DNA from: an uncultured Anaerolineales bacterium
Lineage (GTDB): Bacteria; Chloroflexota; Anaerolineae; Anaerolineales; E44-bin32
Reading direction: 5' to 3'
Length of the DNA stretch: 48,777 nucleotides
Assembly (NCBI GenBank): GCA_965363875.1
Contig: CBDTTY010000001.1
Span: forward strand, 1-48,777
Under the pieces are notes generated by a model. The model was not told the DNA's origin and searched no databases. It worked only from the letters and a program-made list of their open reading frames with translations. The first letter of the stretch is position 1; each line of letters opens with the position of its first letter. The translations under genes were made by a program, and so were the position numbers. Below are positions 18,707 to 28,308 of the stretch, in pieces.

Positions 18707-20272
18707 ATGTCCTCTCTTTCCACTCAGGTTCTCGTCATCGGCGGCGGAGCGACCGGGCTCGGCATTGCCTGGGATGCTGCTTTGCGCGGCCTTAAAGTTG
18801 TCCTTATCGAACAATCTGACATCGGTCAGGGAACCTCAGGTCGTCACCATGGATTGCTGCACTCTGGTGGTCGCTACGCCCTTTCCGATCCCGTCTCCGC
18901 GCGAGATTGCGCCTCAGAAAATCGCATTCTCAGAAAGATTGCCTCGCACACCATTGAAGATACTGGCGGACTTTTCGTAGCAACTCCGGCTGACCCAGTT
19001 GATTATCCTGACCGATGGTTTAGTGCATGCTCCCAATTAAACATTCCGGCAGAGGAGATTTCGCTCTCAGCAATGCTTGAAAGGGAGCCATTGCTTAATC
19101 CGAGAATTTCTCGATCCTTTCTCGTTCAAGACGCATCTATCGACTCCTTCGACCTTGCACACTTGTTAGTGAAAGGCATTCAGGAGCATGGCGGCGTTGT
19201 ACTACTGCGTCACAGATTAGAAAGCTTGATCGTACATCAAGATCGTTTGGTTGAAGCCAAGATCAGGGATTTATCAAACGGCAAAAGCCTGAGACTATCC
19301 GCTAACATCTTTGTCAATGCCGCGGGTCCGTGGGCAAAGACAATAACAACCATGGCGGGGGTTGAATTGCCCCTTGCCCTCGGCAAAGGGACACTTGTCG
19401 CCATGTCCCACCGTCTTGTCAATACCGTCGTTAACCGCTGCAAGTCACCCTCAGACGGCGATATTATCGTCCCCGTAGGTACAGTCGCAATCCTTGGAAC
19501 AACGGATGTTCCCGTCGAAGAACCCACTTCCCTTGATATTGAACCCTGGGAAGTTGATCTCTTGCTCGCGGAAGGAGATCTTCTTTTGCCGGGATTACGT
19601 GATAGCAGACCGATTCGTGCCTGGGCTGGTATTCGCCCGCTTTACCAACCAGCTGAGAACGGTGACGCACAAACCCGAGCCTTGCTCCGAGCACATGTGA
19701 TCCTGGACCACGAGGTGACCGATGGCCTTCAATGTTTTATCAGTGTGATCGGCGGCAAGCTGACGACTTTTAGATTGATGGCAGAGGAAGCGGTTGATCT
19801 TATTTGCGATAAGCTCGAGATCGATCAGAAGTGCTCCACTGCATCAACCCCCCTTGCGCATGATGGCAGCCAATTCCATAGGCTTACCTCCCGTTTAGAG
19901 AAGCTCGAGCACCAGCATTCTCACGCCAATACTGATCAGATAGTTTGTGAATGTGAGCTCGTCATGCGCGGCGATATTGAGTCCGCTCTTGAAAAATCTA
20001 TCTCTGGTACCGACATTGATGACCTCAGACGTTATCTGCGAATTGGAATGGGACCCTGTCAGGCTGGCTTTTGCGCTTACCGCACATACGCAATTACTTC
20101 TGAACACTCATCACCACCCCCCTCTTTAGAAGGTCTCCACAACTTTCTATTTGAGCGCTGGCGGGGAATAAGACCTGTTGCCTGGGGAAGCACACTCCAA
20201 CAAATGGAATTCTCCCGCCGCATTTACCTCGATTTGCTCGCAGCAGGCCCAGAATCGGAGAATCGTTCTTGA
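18707..20272 (+). CDS. glpA: Anaerobic glycerol-3-phosphate dehydrogenase subunit A
   Basis: 521 aa. FAD dinucleotide fold VLVIGGGATGLGIAWDAALRG, a DAO-type body, and a C-terminal BFD-like Cys cluster (VCECE...GPCQAGFC). Confidence 0.85.
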   Translation: MSSLSTQVLVIGGGATGLGIAWDAALRGLKVVLIEQSDIGQGTSGRHHGLLHSGGRYALSDPVSARDCASENRILRKIASHTIEDTGGLFVATPADPVDYPDRWFSACSQLNIPAEEISLSAMLEREPLLNPRISRSFLVQDASIDSFDLAHLLVKGIQEHGGVVLLRHRLESLIVHQDRLVEAKIRDLSNGKSLRLSANIFVNAAGPWAKTITTMAGVELPLALGKGTLVAMSHRLVNTVVNRCKSPSDGDIIVPVGTVAILGTTDVPVEEPTSLDIEPWEVDLLLAEGDLLLPGLRDSRPIRAWAGIRPLYQPAENGDAQTRALLRAHVILDHEVTDGLQCFISVIGGKLTTFRLMAEEAVDLICDKLEIDQKCSTASTPLAHDGSQFHRLTSRLEKLEHQHSHANTDQIVCECELVMRGDIESALEKSISGTDIDDLRRYLRIGMGPCQAGFCAYRTYAITSEHSSPPPSLEGLHNFLFERWRGIRPVAWGSTLQQMEFSRRIYLDLLAAGPESENRS

Positions 20273-21495
20273 CACATATCATTATCATTGGTGGTGGTCT
20301 CGCGGGGCTATTTGCGTCTATTGTCGCCGCCGATCGAGGAGCAAAAGTTACAAATGTCTTTAAAGGCCGCGGTGGGTTATCGCTATCCCATGGCTGCATC
20401 GATATCCTGGATAGAAGTGCCCCATCCAGATCACTGGCTCGCCTTCCAGACCACCACCCGTACAAACTCGTAGGAAAAGCCAATCTTAAGGATTCTGTTT
20501 CCAAGTTTCGAGATCTAATGCTGCATGCTGGATATCCATTTGTTGGAAAGCTCTCGAAGAGCATGTCTTTTCTTACTGCGCTGGGGTCCATCAAACGAAC
20601 ATCCTTTGCCCCCTCCGGCATCGCCAGGGGTGATCTCAACGCAGGCGGGTCAATCGTATTGGGACAATTCAGCGGTTTTCGTGATTTTTATCCCAGGATG
20701 ATTCATAAACGAGCGTCCAAAACCGGAGTCAAAATTGCGAAAGTCATAGATTTGCCCTTACTCGAAACTCCCGATCGTCGAGATGCGTATTCAATAGATT
20801 ACGCTTTACTCTTTGAAGATTCTGGATGGCGTGAGGAGATAATTCGCATGTGGAGGCCACTCCTTCCTGGCGTTAGACGTCTCGGGCTGCCAGCTGTCCT
20901 CGGCGTCCTAAATCATTGCGTGATACACGAAGAGCTTGAGGATTCGCTAGGTATCGAGATCTTTGAGATTCCTACGCTGCCACCATCGGTACCAGGACTG
21001 CGGATCGAGCGTATTCTTCTCCGGCAATCCCAGGCTCTCGGTGTAAAATTAATTGAGGGCGCCGGAGTGATTGGCCGTATTGATGGTCGAAGCCGTGGAA
21101 AACGCGTAGCCGGAGTAGTCCTGCATTCTACTGGTCGTACGATTCAACTCGACTCAGATGCAGTCCTGTTGGCGACAGGAGGCATTTTAAATGGTGGCCT
21201 GGTCGCCCAGCAGGATCATCGCATACGCGAATCTGTCTTCGACCTTCCGGTGCTCCATCCGACCAATCGTTCAGATTGGGTTGGGTTGTCACTTTTCCAT
21301 CGACAAGCATATGCAAGCACTGGCATTTTCGTTAATTCTCGCATGCAGCCACTCGGGCTTGACGAGAAACCAATGTTTAAGAATCTTTACGCTGCCGGCG
21401 GTCTTCTGGCAGGTTCAGATCGATCACTCGAGGGCAGCCGCCAAGGCATCGACCTCGCCACCGCGTATTGTGCCGTCAACGAAGCGCTGAGATGA
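20269..21495 (+). CDS. glpB: Anaerobic glycerol-3-phosphate dehydrogenase subunit B
   Basis: 408 aa. N-terminal IIIIGGGLAGLFA. Its TTG start overlaps the glpA stop. The size and the position after glpA fit GlpB. Confidence 0.75.
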   Translation: MTHIIIIGGGLAGLFASIVAADRGAKVTNVFKGRGGLSLSHGCIDILDRSAPSRSLARLPDHHPYKLVGKANLKDSVSKFRDLMLHAGYPFVGKLSKSMSFLTALGSIKRTSFAPSGIARGDLNAGGSIVLGQFSGFRDFYPRMIHKRASKTGVKIAKVIDLPLLETPDRRDAYSIDYALLFEDSGWREEIIRMWRPLLPGVRRLGLPAVLGVLNHCVIHEELEDSLGIEIFEIPTLPPSVPGLRIERILLRQSQALGVKLIEGAGVIGRIDGRSRGKRVAGVVLHSTGRTIQLDSDAVLLATGGILNGGLVAQQDHRIRESVFDLPVLHPTNRSDWVGLSLFHRQAYASTGIFVNSRMQPLGLDEKPMFKNLYAAGGLLAGSDRSLEGSRQGIDLATAYCAVNEALR

Positions 21496-21552
21496 CGTTC
21501 TGAGATTTGTTCTTAGATTATTCGCTTATTGAGTCCCAAGGATGGTATTTGA

Positions 21553-22185
21553 ATGGTTCACAAGATAACACTTCTTCGCCACGGTCTCTCCACCGGCAAT
21601 GAAAAGGGGATCATTCAAGGACAAAAGGACTATCCATTAGCTGAAGAAGGCATAGAACAGAGCCGCTCTTTATCTCGTTACTGGAAAGATCACGACGTTT
21701 CATTTCACGCGATAATTGCCAGCCCCCTTCTGCGAGCAAAACAAACTGCTGAAATCATTGCCTCCGTAATGAAGCTGCCTATTGATTTCGATGAGGCTTG
21801 GTGTGAGCGCCAATCAGGGAATGCTGAAGGAAAACCGTATACTGAAGTAAAACTCCAATATGCAGATCAACCCCACGATACTGCGTATGATCCAATCTTC
21901 GACTCCGGTGAAAGTAGATGGGATCTGTTTATCCGAGCGGCAAATGCGATGCAGCACCTTCTCCGACGCCCAGCAGGATCATACCTGGTCGTCAGCCATG
22001 GCGCGATTTTGGGAGCGGCGCTACATACCGTGCTCGGCCTTTCGCCATCTCCAGGAAGAGTCCGGCCAATGCGACTCGGGTTCGCAAACACGGGCTATGC
22101 GGTTTTAGCATTCGACGCTACTGAGGCTCGGTGGGAATTGCGCCATCTGAATGTAACCTGTCATCTCCTAAGAGGAACTGGATGA
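21553..22185 (+). CDS. Histidine phosphatase family protein (phosphoglycerate-mutase-like)
   Basis: 210 aa. LLRHGLSTGN (RHG motif), SPLLRAKQTA, VSHG. Confidence 0.85.
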   Translation: MVHKITLLRHGLSTGNEKGIIQGQKDYPLAEEGIEQSRSLSRYWKDHDVSFHAIIASPLLRAKQTAEIIASVMKLPIDFDEAWCERQSGNAEGKPYTEVKLQYADQPHDTAYDPIFDSGESRWDLFIRAANAMQHLLRRPAGSYLVVSHGAILGAALHTVLGLSPSPGRVRPMRLGFANTGYAVLAFDATEARWELRHLNVTCHLLRGTG

Positions 22186-22189
22186 AACT

Positions 22190-23785
22190 ATGCTAAACAA
22201 TGGCGGTCTGCTGCTTGAAAACGCCAAAATCTACACATTTGGTGACCCTCCCGGCCCAGTCGAGAGCCTGGCAATTCAAGACGGCCATATCCTAGCAATC
22301 GGCGATAGAGAGCATCTTCTACAAACGATTCCATCTAACTTTACAAAGTTCGACCTTGGTGGACGGGTAATCCTTCCCAGCTTGACTGACTCCCACATCC
22401 ACTTCGAGAAATTTTCGCTAAACCATGAGCAAATTAACTGTGACACAAATTCAGTCGACGAGTGTCTTGCCCGAATTCAGAGCAAAGCCAAGACGCTCCA
22501 ACCAGGTGAGTGGATCCGCGGGCATGGGTGGAACCAAAACTTGTGGGGACGATATGGCACTAAAGAGGAGCTTGATCGAGTCACGCCTAATAACCCCGCA
22601 TACATCACCGCGAAATCTCTCCACGCTGCTTGGGCGAATACTGCTGCCCTCAACCAGGCTGGGTTGAGCGCTAACTCAGTAGACCCGCCCAGAGGAAAGC
22701 TTCAGCGTCAAGAAGACGGAAGCCTGACCGGGATCCTTTACGAATTTGCCACGCTTCTCATCTCCGATCTCATCCCGCGACCTTCTCCCTCTGATCTATC
22801 CCAGATAATGCTGCGTGGACAAGATGAGCTTCTCCGCTTAGGCATCACCTCAATACATGATTTCGACGGCAAAAGGTGTCTTCAAGCGCTTCAACTGCTA
22901 AGAGAGGATTCGTTACAACGACTTCGAGTTGTAAAATCAATTCACTTTGATGATTTTGAAAGTACCATTGACGCCGGCTTGCGCACCGGTTTTGGGGATG
23001 AGTGGATCCGCATTGGTGCTGTGAAGTTGTTTTCTGATGGCGCCTTGGGACCACACACAGCAGCGTTGCTCAATCCCTACGAAGATGATGCAAGTAACTC
23101 GGGCTTCCTTCTTTTGACTGCTGAAGAAATTATAGAAATTGGTAAGAGAGCAGCTGTGAACGGACTAGCGCTCGCTATACATGCCATTGGCGATCGAGCA
23201 AACCGCACAGTTCTAGACGCATTTGAAGAATTGCGTACATTCGAAGTGACGAATCGCATCAAACCCCTTCCGCATCGAATCGAGCATCTCCAGTTAATCT
23301 CGCCAGAGGATATCCAAAGACCGGCTGATCTTGATATCATCGTATCGATGCAACCCATCCATGCAACATCTGATATGCAGATGGCTGATCGCTATTGGGG
23401 CGATAGAGTCCAACTAAGTTATGGGTGGCGCTCTCAAATTAGTGCGGGTTCGAAGCTGATATTCGGCTCAGATGCCCCTGTTGATTCTGCTAACCCTTTT
23501 ATCGGGATTCATGCCGCAGTTACCCGCAAACCACTTGGTTGTGATGCCAATCCCTTATCCTGGGTTCCCGATCAAAGAATCACTCTTCAAGAAGCCTTCA
23601 ATGCTTATTCAGTCTGGCCTGCACAATCAATAGGTCTCGGCTCTAAGCTGGGAAAGCTTCTTCCCGGATATCTCGCCGATCTTATCGTACTAGATGAGGA
23701 TCCATTCTTTCTAGAATATTCCGAATTGGCCACGATTAAACCTTCGGGGGTGATGGTAAATGGCCATTGGTACTTCTTAAACTAG
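22190..23785 (+). CDS. Amidohydrolase family metallo-hydrolase (YtcJ-like, Amidohydro_3)
   Basis: 531 aa. LTDSHIHF (HxH metal site), AIHAIGD, HRIEHLQ, FGSDAP. Confidence 0.82.
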   Translation: MLNNGGLLLENAKIYTFGDPPGPVESLAIQDGHILAIGDREHLLQTIPSNFTKFDLGGRVILPSLTDSHIHFEKFSLNHEQINCDTNSVDECLARIQSKAKTLQPGEWIRGHGWNQNLWGRYGTKEELDRVTPNNPAYITAKSLHAAWANTAALNQAGLSANSVDPPRGKLQRQEDGSLTGILYEFATLLISDLIPRPSPSDLSQIMLRGQDELLRLGITSIHDFDGKRCLQALQLLREDSLQRLRVVKSIHFDDFESTIDAGLRTGFGDEWIRIGAVKLFSDGALGPHTAALLNPYEDDASNSGFLLLTAEEIIEIGKRAAVNGLALAIHAIGDRANRTVLDAFEELRTFEVTNRIKPLPHRIEHLQLISPEDIQRPADLDIIVSMQPIHATSDMQMADRYWGDRVQLSYGWRSQISAGSKLIFGSDAPVDSANPFIGIHAAVTRKPLGCDANPLSWVPDQRITLQEAFNAYSVWPAQSIGLGSKLGKLLPGYLADLIVLDEDPFFLEYSELATIKPSGVMVNGHWYFLN

Positions 23786-25666
23786 GCGCCGCAAATCCCC
23801 TTCTCGAACCGTTACTCCAACCGCATCAAGATGTTCCATCAACGCTAGCGCGTATTTCCTTGATGTTTGAAATTTGTCACGAACATCTGCGACAGTAAGG
23901 GTTCCGCTTTCCCTTAGCTCTTCCTTGACTTGATCTACCATCCCCTCATATATATCTGCCTTAAAGATAACGTCCTCTGATGCTTGTACCAGTGATCCGC
24001 TCTCAAGCAGGAAACGGACGAGATCGTCTCCGATCTCCTGCGTCGTTTCTTTTAGTGATGGCGGAGCATAGGGATTAGATTCGAATTTCAATAGAAGTCG
24101 ATCCACCAACTTTTTCTCATTATCATCGAGCTGGATACTGTGCCCCTTTAAAGACACATACCCCGTAACGATCACAACAGTTCCATCTTTTACTGCCTGC
24201 TCTAGGAGGAAAGTTGCCAGTTTTGTCTCCATCCCCATTTTGCTGCGTAATTCTTCAATTGGCATCCCGATCTTGAGTGGATTTGCTTTATGGTAATCAG
24301 CCAAGTATTTTCGAATCCGGTCGACTATCGTCAGCCACGTGTTCTTATCCATGACTAACGAAGAAGCCTCTACAGATAACTCACTTTCATTGAGTGAGAT
24401 TAGTTCACCGTTTTGCACTAATTCTCGAATTGCGCCTTCTGCTTCATCATCCGAGATGCCCGCCTCTTTCAAAGCATCAGACAAGGGTACTGGACCTATC
24501 CTCTCGAGCGTTCGCTGCAAAACAGTTGCAGGTGTTCCTCTAAGAAAGGCTTCTAGCTGTTCAATTACAGCGTGGTCCTTTAAGCGATGTCTTCTTTTTG
24601 GATGCGCATCAGCAACTACGCCGCCTCCCAACGTTGAGCTGGGCGAAGGCCGCCGCAGTATAAATCGATCCCCCCGAATTAGGATGACGGGGGCTGAGAG
24701 GAGAAGCTGCAGCCAACCTTCATCGCCCGGCGTGATCTTCTCGCTCCCCAATAACCGAACCTTTGCTATGCGCTGCGCCGCACCTGCATACAATTTGACT
24801 TCCTGATTATGGCGCATTACATGATCTGCATCTGCCAACAATCGAAAGTGGACGTCGATCATGCTAGTCGATTTGTAGGATCCAGGTTTTATTACGACTT
24901 CTCCGCGCTCCACATCATCCACTTCTATTCCGCTGATATTCACCGCTACCCTGCTTCCCTGGAGGGCATGGTCTAATTTCTCTTTATGCGTTTGCAGGCC
25001 GCGTATTCTCCCTTTAGAACCACCCGGGTGGATCTCGACTGAATCGCCAATCTCAAATGTGCCATCGAGCAGCGTCCCCGTTACAACGGTCCCGAAACCA
25101 GCGATTGTAAATATCCGATCAATGGGCAACCGCGGAGCACCCCGATCCTTACGTCGAGGAATTTCCTTCAAGATATTTTGCAGCGATGTCACCAAATCGT
25201 CGAGACCTTCGCCCGTCTTTGCTGAGACGCGTACAATCGGTGATTGCCCAAGCGAAGAGACGCTTACTAGCTTCGATACATCCTCTTCAACCAATTCCAG
25301 CCATTCATCATCAACAATGTCGGTCTTCGTTAGCGCGATGATGCCTTTTTTTATATCTAGAAGATCCAAGATTGATAGGTGCTCTCGTGTTTGCGGCATT
25401 ACTCCCTCGTCTGCCGCAACGACAAAGAGAACCGCATCGATCCCCCCCGCTCCTGCTAACATGTTTTCGATAAAATCGCGATGTCCTGGAACGTCGACAA
25501 TACCAACGGATTCGCCATCCGGCAAAGTGAGCCAGGCGAATCCTAAATCGATCGTCATCTGTCTTCTTTGTTCTTCCGCCAGCCGGTCTGGATTGATCCC
25601 GGTTATCGCTTGAACGAGAGATGATTTACCGTGATCCACATGTCCTGCTGTTCCAATTACACGCAT
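23777..25666 (-). CDS. selB: Selenocysteine-specific translation elongation factor SelB
   Basis: MRVIGTAGHVDHGKSSL...DRLAEEQRRQMTIDLGFA...DVPGH...LTKTD is an EF-Tu-like GTPase. A long C-terminal winged-helix extension follows, and the total of ~630 aa is typical of bacterial SelB. ATG 25666 is preferred over the ORF-track TTG at 25681. Confidence 0.88.
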   Translation of the reverse strand: MRVIGTAGHVDHGKSSLVQAITGINPDRLAEEQRRQMTIDLGFAWLTLPDGESVGIVDVPGHRDFIENMLAGAGGIDAVLFVVAADEGVMPQTREHLSILDLLDIKKGIIALTKTDIVDDEWLELVEEDVSKLVSVSSLGQSPIVRVSAKTGEGLDDLVTSLQNILKEIPRRKDRGAPRLPIDRIFTIAGFGTVVTGTLLDGTFEIGDSVEIHPGGSKGRIRGLQTHKEKLDHALQGSRVAVNISGIEVDDVERGEVVIKPGSYKSTSMIDVHFRLLADADHVMRHNQEVKLYAGAAQRIAKVRLLGSEKITPGDEGWLQLLLSAPVILIRGDRFILRRPSPSSTLGGGVVADAHPKRRHRLKDHAVIEQLEAFLRGTPATVLQRTLERIGPVPLSDALKEAGISDDEAEGAIRELVQNGELISLNESELSVEASSLVMDKNTWLTIVDRIRKYLADYHKANPLKIGMPIEELRSKMGMETKLATFLLEQAVKDGTVVIVTGYVSLKGHSIQLDDNEKKLVDRLLLKFESNPYAPPSLKETTQEIGDDLVRFLLESGSLVQASEDVIFKADIYEGMVDQVKEELRESGTLTVADVRDKFQTSRKYALALMEHLDAVGVTVREGDLRRLV

Positions 25667-25697
25667 GGAAATTCCCTGCAAGTACTTAGTTAGAGGG

Positions 25698-26867
25698 TTA
25701 CCTGCCTCTTGAGTCTAATTCCGTCATCCATTCTCGAAGCGTAGACAACAGCTCGGCTAGTCGCCTTCTATCACTTATTTCGATCTCACCCAACCGATCG
25801 AGTCCATTGGTGAGCTTCGATGCAATCTCATCGCTCTCGGATCGCAGCTTATCGTGCAACCTCGTATGTTCGTTCCGGCGCTCATCCAAAGTTAAGGTGT
25901 ACGTGCTCCAGCGCCGGTGATCTTCTGATTGAAATTCTCCCCAGTTATGCTTCATCCGCTCTTCAGCAAGGCGCTGCATTTCACCTACCTCAGTTATCCT
26001 GCGCTCTAATCGTTCAATAACTTCTTCGAGGTCGCTCTGCATCTGCTTTAAAATACGATGTGTTTCTTCGTAGGCAATCATACGCTCATCGATCGTTTCA
26101 GCCCTTTTCTCGAAAGATGAATGGCTCTGCCCCCAATCCTTCAAAGTCTTCTCAAATCCAACAATTTTTAGCCCTTGACTCTCCATCCAGAGTTCCTGCG
26201 ATTCGCGGCGCTCTTTATCGCCCGCTTGAAATTCGTTCGCACGCACATCCAATCGACGAGATAAATTTTCCAAAGACTCTATTCTTGAATTCACCCCATC
26301 AAGACCTTTCTTGTGCCTTTCGAGTAGGCTTTCAGTTTTTGTTAGACGTTTACCAACATGCTTCTGATTTTCACTCAAGGAGACCGTAGTTCGTTTACCC
26401 GTTGCGAAATCTTCAACCATGCGCTCTTGCTGTTCTTTGATAGTATTGAGCTCGTTGTTTATTCGAATCTCCTCTTCTCGACGATCCTCCAGGAGTTGTT
26501 CGAATTTTTCTAGCCGCAATATCTCCTTACGAACATCTTCAAGTTTTTTAGAGAATCCTTTTTGGTCTGTCTTACGGAGGGCTTCAAGGCTTTTTTCTTT
26601 CTCGGTGCGTCTTTCTTCAACATCTTTTAATTGTCGCGATATCTCATTTCGATGCTTCGCTAAAGCATCATCCATTTTATGGATTCTCGTGGCAAGAGCC
26701 GCTGCTCGGGATGTTTCATCAGATAATCCCAGGATTTTTTGATCGAGTTTCTCAATGGTTTCTTCAAGATGTTTGTTTCGGTCAAAGAGGGCCTGCAACT
26801 GTTCAGAGTCTTTAATCCTCTGCTCATCAAGCCACTTAAGCCTTTTCTCAATCTGCTTTTGATCCAT
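25698..26867 (-). CDS. Coiled-coil protein of unknown function
   Basis: 389 aa, extremely E/K/R/L-rich with heptad-like stretches throughout and no TM segment. GGGAGG Shine-Dalgarno upstream of the ATG. I recognise no enzymatic motif. Confidence 0.7.
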   Translation of the reverse strand: MDQKQIEKRLKWLDEQRIKDSEQLQALFDRNKHLEETIEKLDQKILGLSDETSRAAALATRIHKMDDALAKHRNEISRQLKDVEERRTEKEKSLEALRKTDQKGFSKKLEDVRKEILRLEKFEQLLEDRREEEIRINNELNTIKEQQERMVEDFATGKRTTVSLSENQKHVGKRLTKTESLLERHKKGLDGVNSRIESLENLSRRLDVRANEFQAGDKERRESQELWMESQGLKIVGFEKTLKDWGQSHSSFEKRAETIDERMIAYEETHRILKQMQSDLEEVIERLERRITEVGEMQRLAEERMKHNWGEFQSEDHRRWSTYTLTLDERRNEHTRLHDKLRSESDEIASKLTNGLDRLGEIEISDRRRLAELLSTLREWMTELDSRGR

Positions 26868-26916
26868 ATTCCTACCTCCCGCGGAAAAGGCGATTAGTCA
26901 AGTAATTTGTAGATCA

Positions 26917-28308
26917 TTATAAAAATAGATTCGCAAGTCCAGACGCAACATCTTCGATCCAGGGAAAGACAAGCTGCGGGAATAGACCAAGAAGCAATAG
27001 CAAAATAATTCCACCCAGAAGGAAGACCCGGGGCTCTTTCGAAATCGCGATTGTATCCTCGCCATCCCCTCTTCCGAATAGGATTGCTGCCCATCTAATC
27101 ACGAGCACTCCCAATCCAACCATTGAGAACATGACCGTGCCTGCCGCAAGCCGATCTGCATGGAGCACTACGGTTAATAGAGACCATCTTCCAGGAAAGC
27201 CTGCTGTGAGCGGTGTTCCTGCAACTGTGAGCAATCCAACAAGAAATGCGGCTGCAGCAAAAGGCATTTTATAACCTACGCCTCGCATCTGACTGACTAA
27301 ACGCTCTGAATTACCTAAATACGATAACCCGAACGCAAGCACTCCAAGTGCAATCACGCGCACAGCGCTAAGGCTTAGCGCAATACGGAAGGCATCTTCT
27401 GTTCCTGACCCAACTGCGATCAATATCACACCTAAATCAACCAGCAATGCATATGCCATTAATTTCTTGATGTCCCTTTGACTGGCCGAGAGCAGAACCG
27501 CTAACACCGTTGTAATAATCCCCGCGATTCGAATCCCGTCGTAAATTAACGTTTGTTCTCTTAACCATGCATAACTGTCTAAAAATCTCAGCAGGAAGAA
27601 AAAGCCAGCACTCTGAAGGATGACCAGAATAAATACTAAAATATATGGATCTGACTCCTCTGCAGATTTTGGCAACCATAAATGGAAAGGTGGGACCGTC
27701 ATCAAAATAGCAAAGCCGAATCCGAGCATAAATGTCACCCGCATGGCCAGAACCGGAGTTGAGCTTGTTATTCCAGCAACCTCTAAAAACGAACCGGTGA
27801 ATAGGATACTGAGCATCGCAAATGTATATAGAATCAGCATTCTAATTGCGCCAGTGCTCCTGGGATGCTGTTGTGTAACTAGCACAAACACGGCACCCAT
27901 AGCTGCCAGTTCAATAAATACGGCCGCAAATACAAATGGATCGACCATGAGCGACGCGGCTACAATTCCCAGGATTAATAATGCAACAGATGGGAAGAAC
28001 CGATTTACATTGACAAACCACGCTGCAGGCATGAGAAAAGCGCCAGCCAGATAGAGAAAACCAATTAGAGGTCGTACATTCTCACTCAACGAAAACATAC
28101 GCCCCAAGATTATCCACTCACTCGCGAATTTAATTGAAAATTCCCCGAAGAGGAATGCCTCATCAAATGGTACCAACAACACAAATGCGGCAATGGATCC
28201 TGCCCCAATCGCAGCAGCAGACACGGCTGCCATTCGCTGGTGTCGCAGAACCAAGCATAACAGCGAATAAATAATGGTGAAAAGGAAAATAATCAGGCCC
28301 GCACTCAT
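26917..28308 (-). CDS. Divergent proton-antiporter-like membrane subunit (NuoN/MrpD, Proton_antipo_M-like)
   Basis: 463 aa with about 13-14 TM helices. It contains FIELAAM (TM5-like Glu), PPFHLWLP (P-x-H-x-W-L-P signature) and DIKKLMAYALLVDLG, where the canonical sequence is D-[IL]-K-[RK]-x-L-A-Y-S-S-x-x-H-x-G. Confidence 0.65.
   Translation of the reverse strand: MSAGLIIFLFTIIYSLLCLVLRHQRMAAVSAAAIGAGSIAAFVLLVPFDEAFLFGEFSIKFASEWIILGRMFSLSENVRPLIGFLYLAGAFLMPAAWFVNVNRFFPSVALLILGIVAASLMVDPFVFAAVFIELAAMGAVFVLVTQQHPRSTGAIRMLILYTFAMLSILFTGSFLEVAGITSSTPVLAMRVTFMLGFGFAILMTVPPFHLWLPKSAEESDPYILVFILVILQSAGFFFLLRFLDSYAWLREQTLIYDGIRIAGIITTVLAVLLSASQRDIKKLMAYALLVDLGVILIAVGSGTEDAFRIALSLSAVRVIALGVLAFGLSYLGNSERLVSQMRGVGYKMPFAAAAFLVGLLTVAGTPLTAGFPGRWSLLTVVLHADRLAAGTVMFSMVGLGVLVIRWAAILFGRGDGEDTIAISKEPRVFLLGGIILLLLLGLFPQLVFPWIEDVASGLANLFL

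Noticed and set aside
24339-25613. Plus-strand ORFs 24339-24806 and 25059-25613 (155 and 184 aa)
   Set aside because: Both lie inside selB on the opposite strand and have S/R/P-rich low-complexity translations typical of antisense frames. The same reasoning applies to other nested ORFs in the track, for example 477-944, 2858-3319, 26060-26742, 27620-28054, 29636-30051, 36438-36869, 38417-38908, 39754-40203 and 42435-42836.
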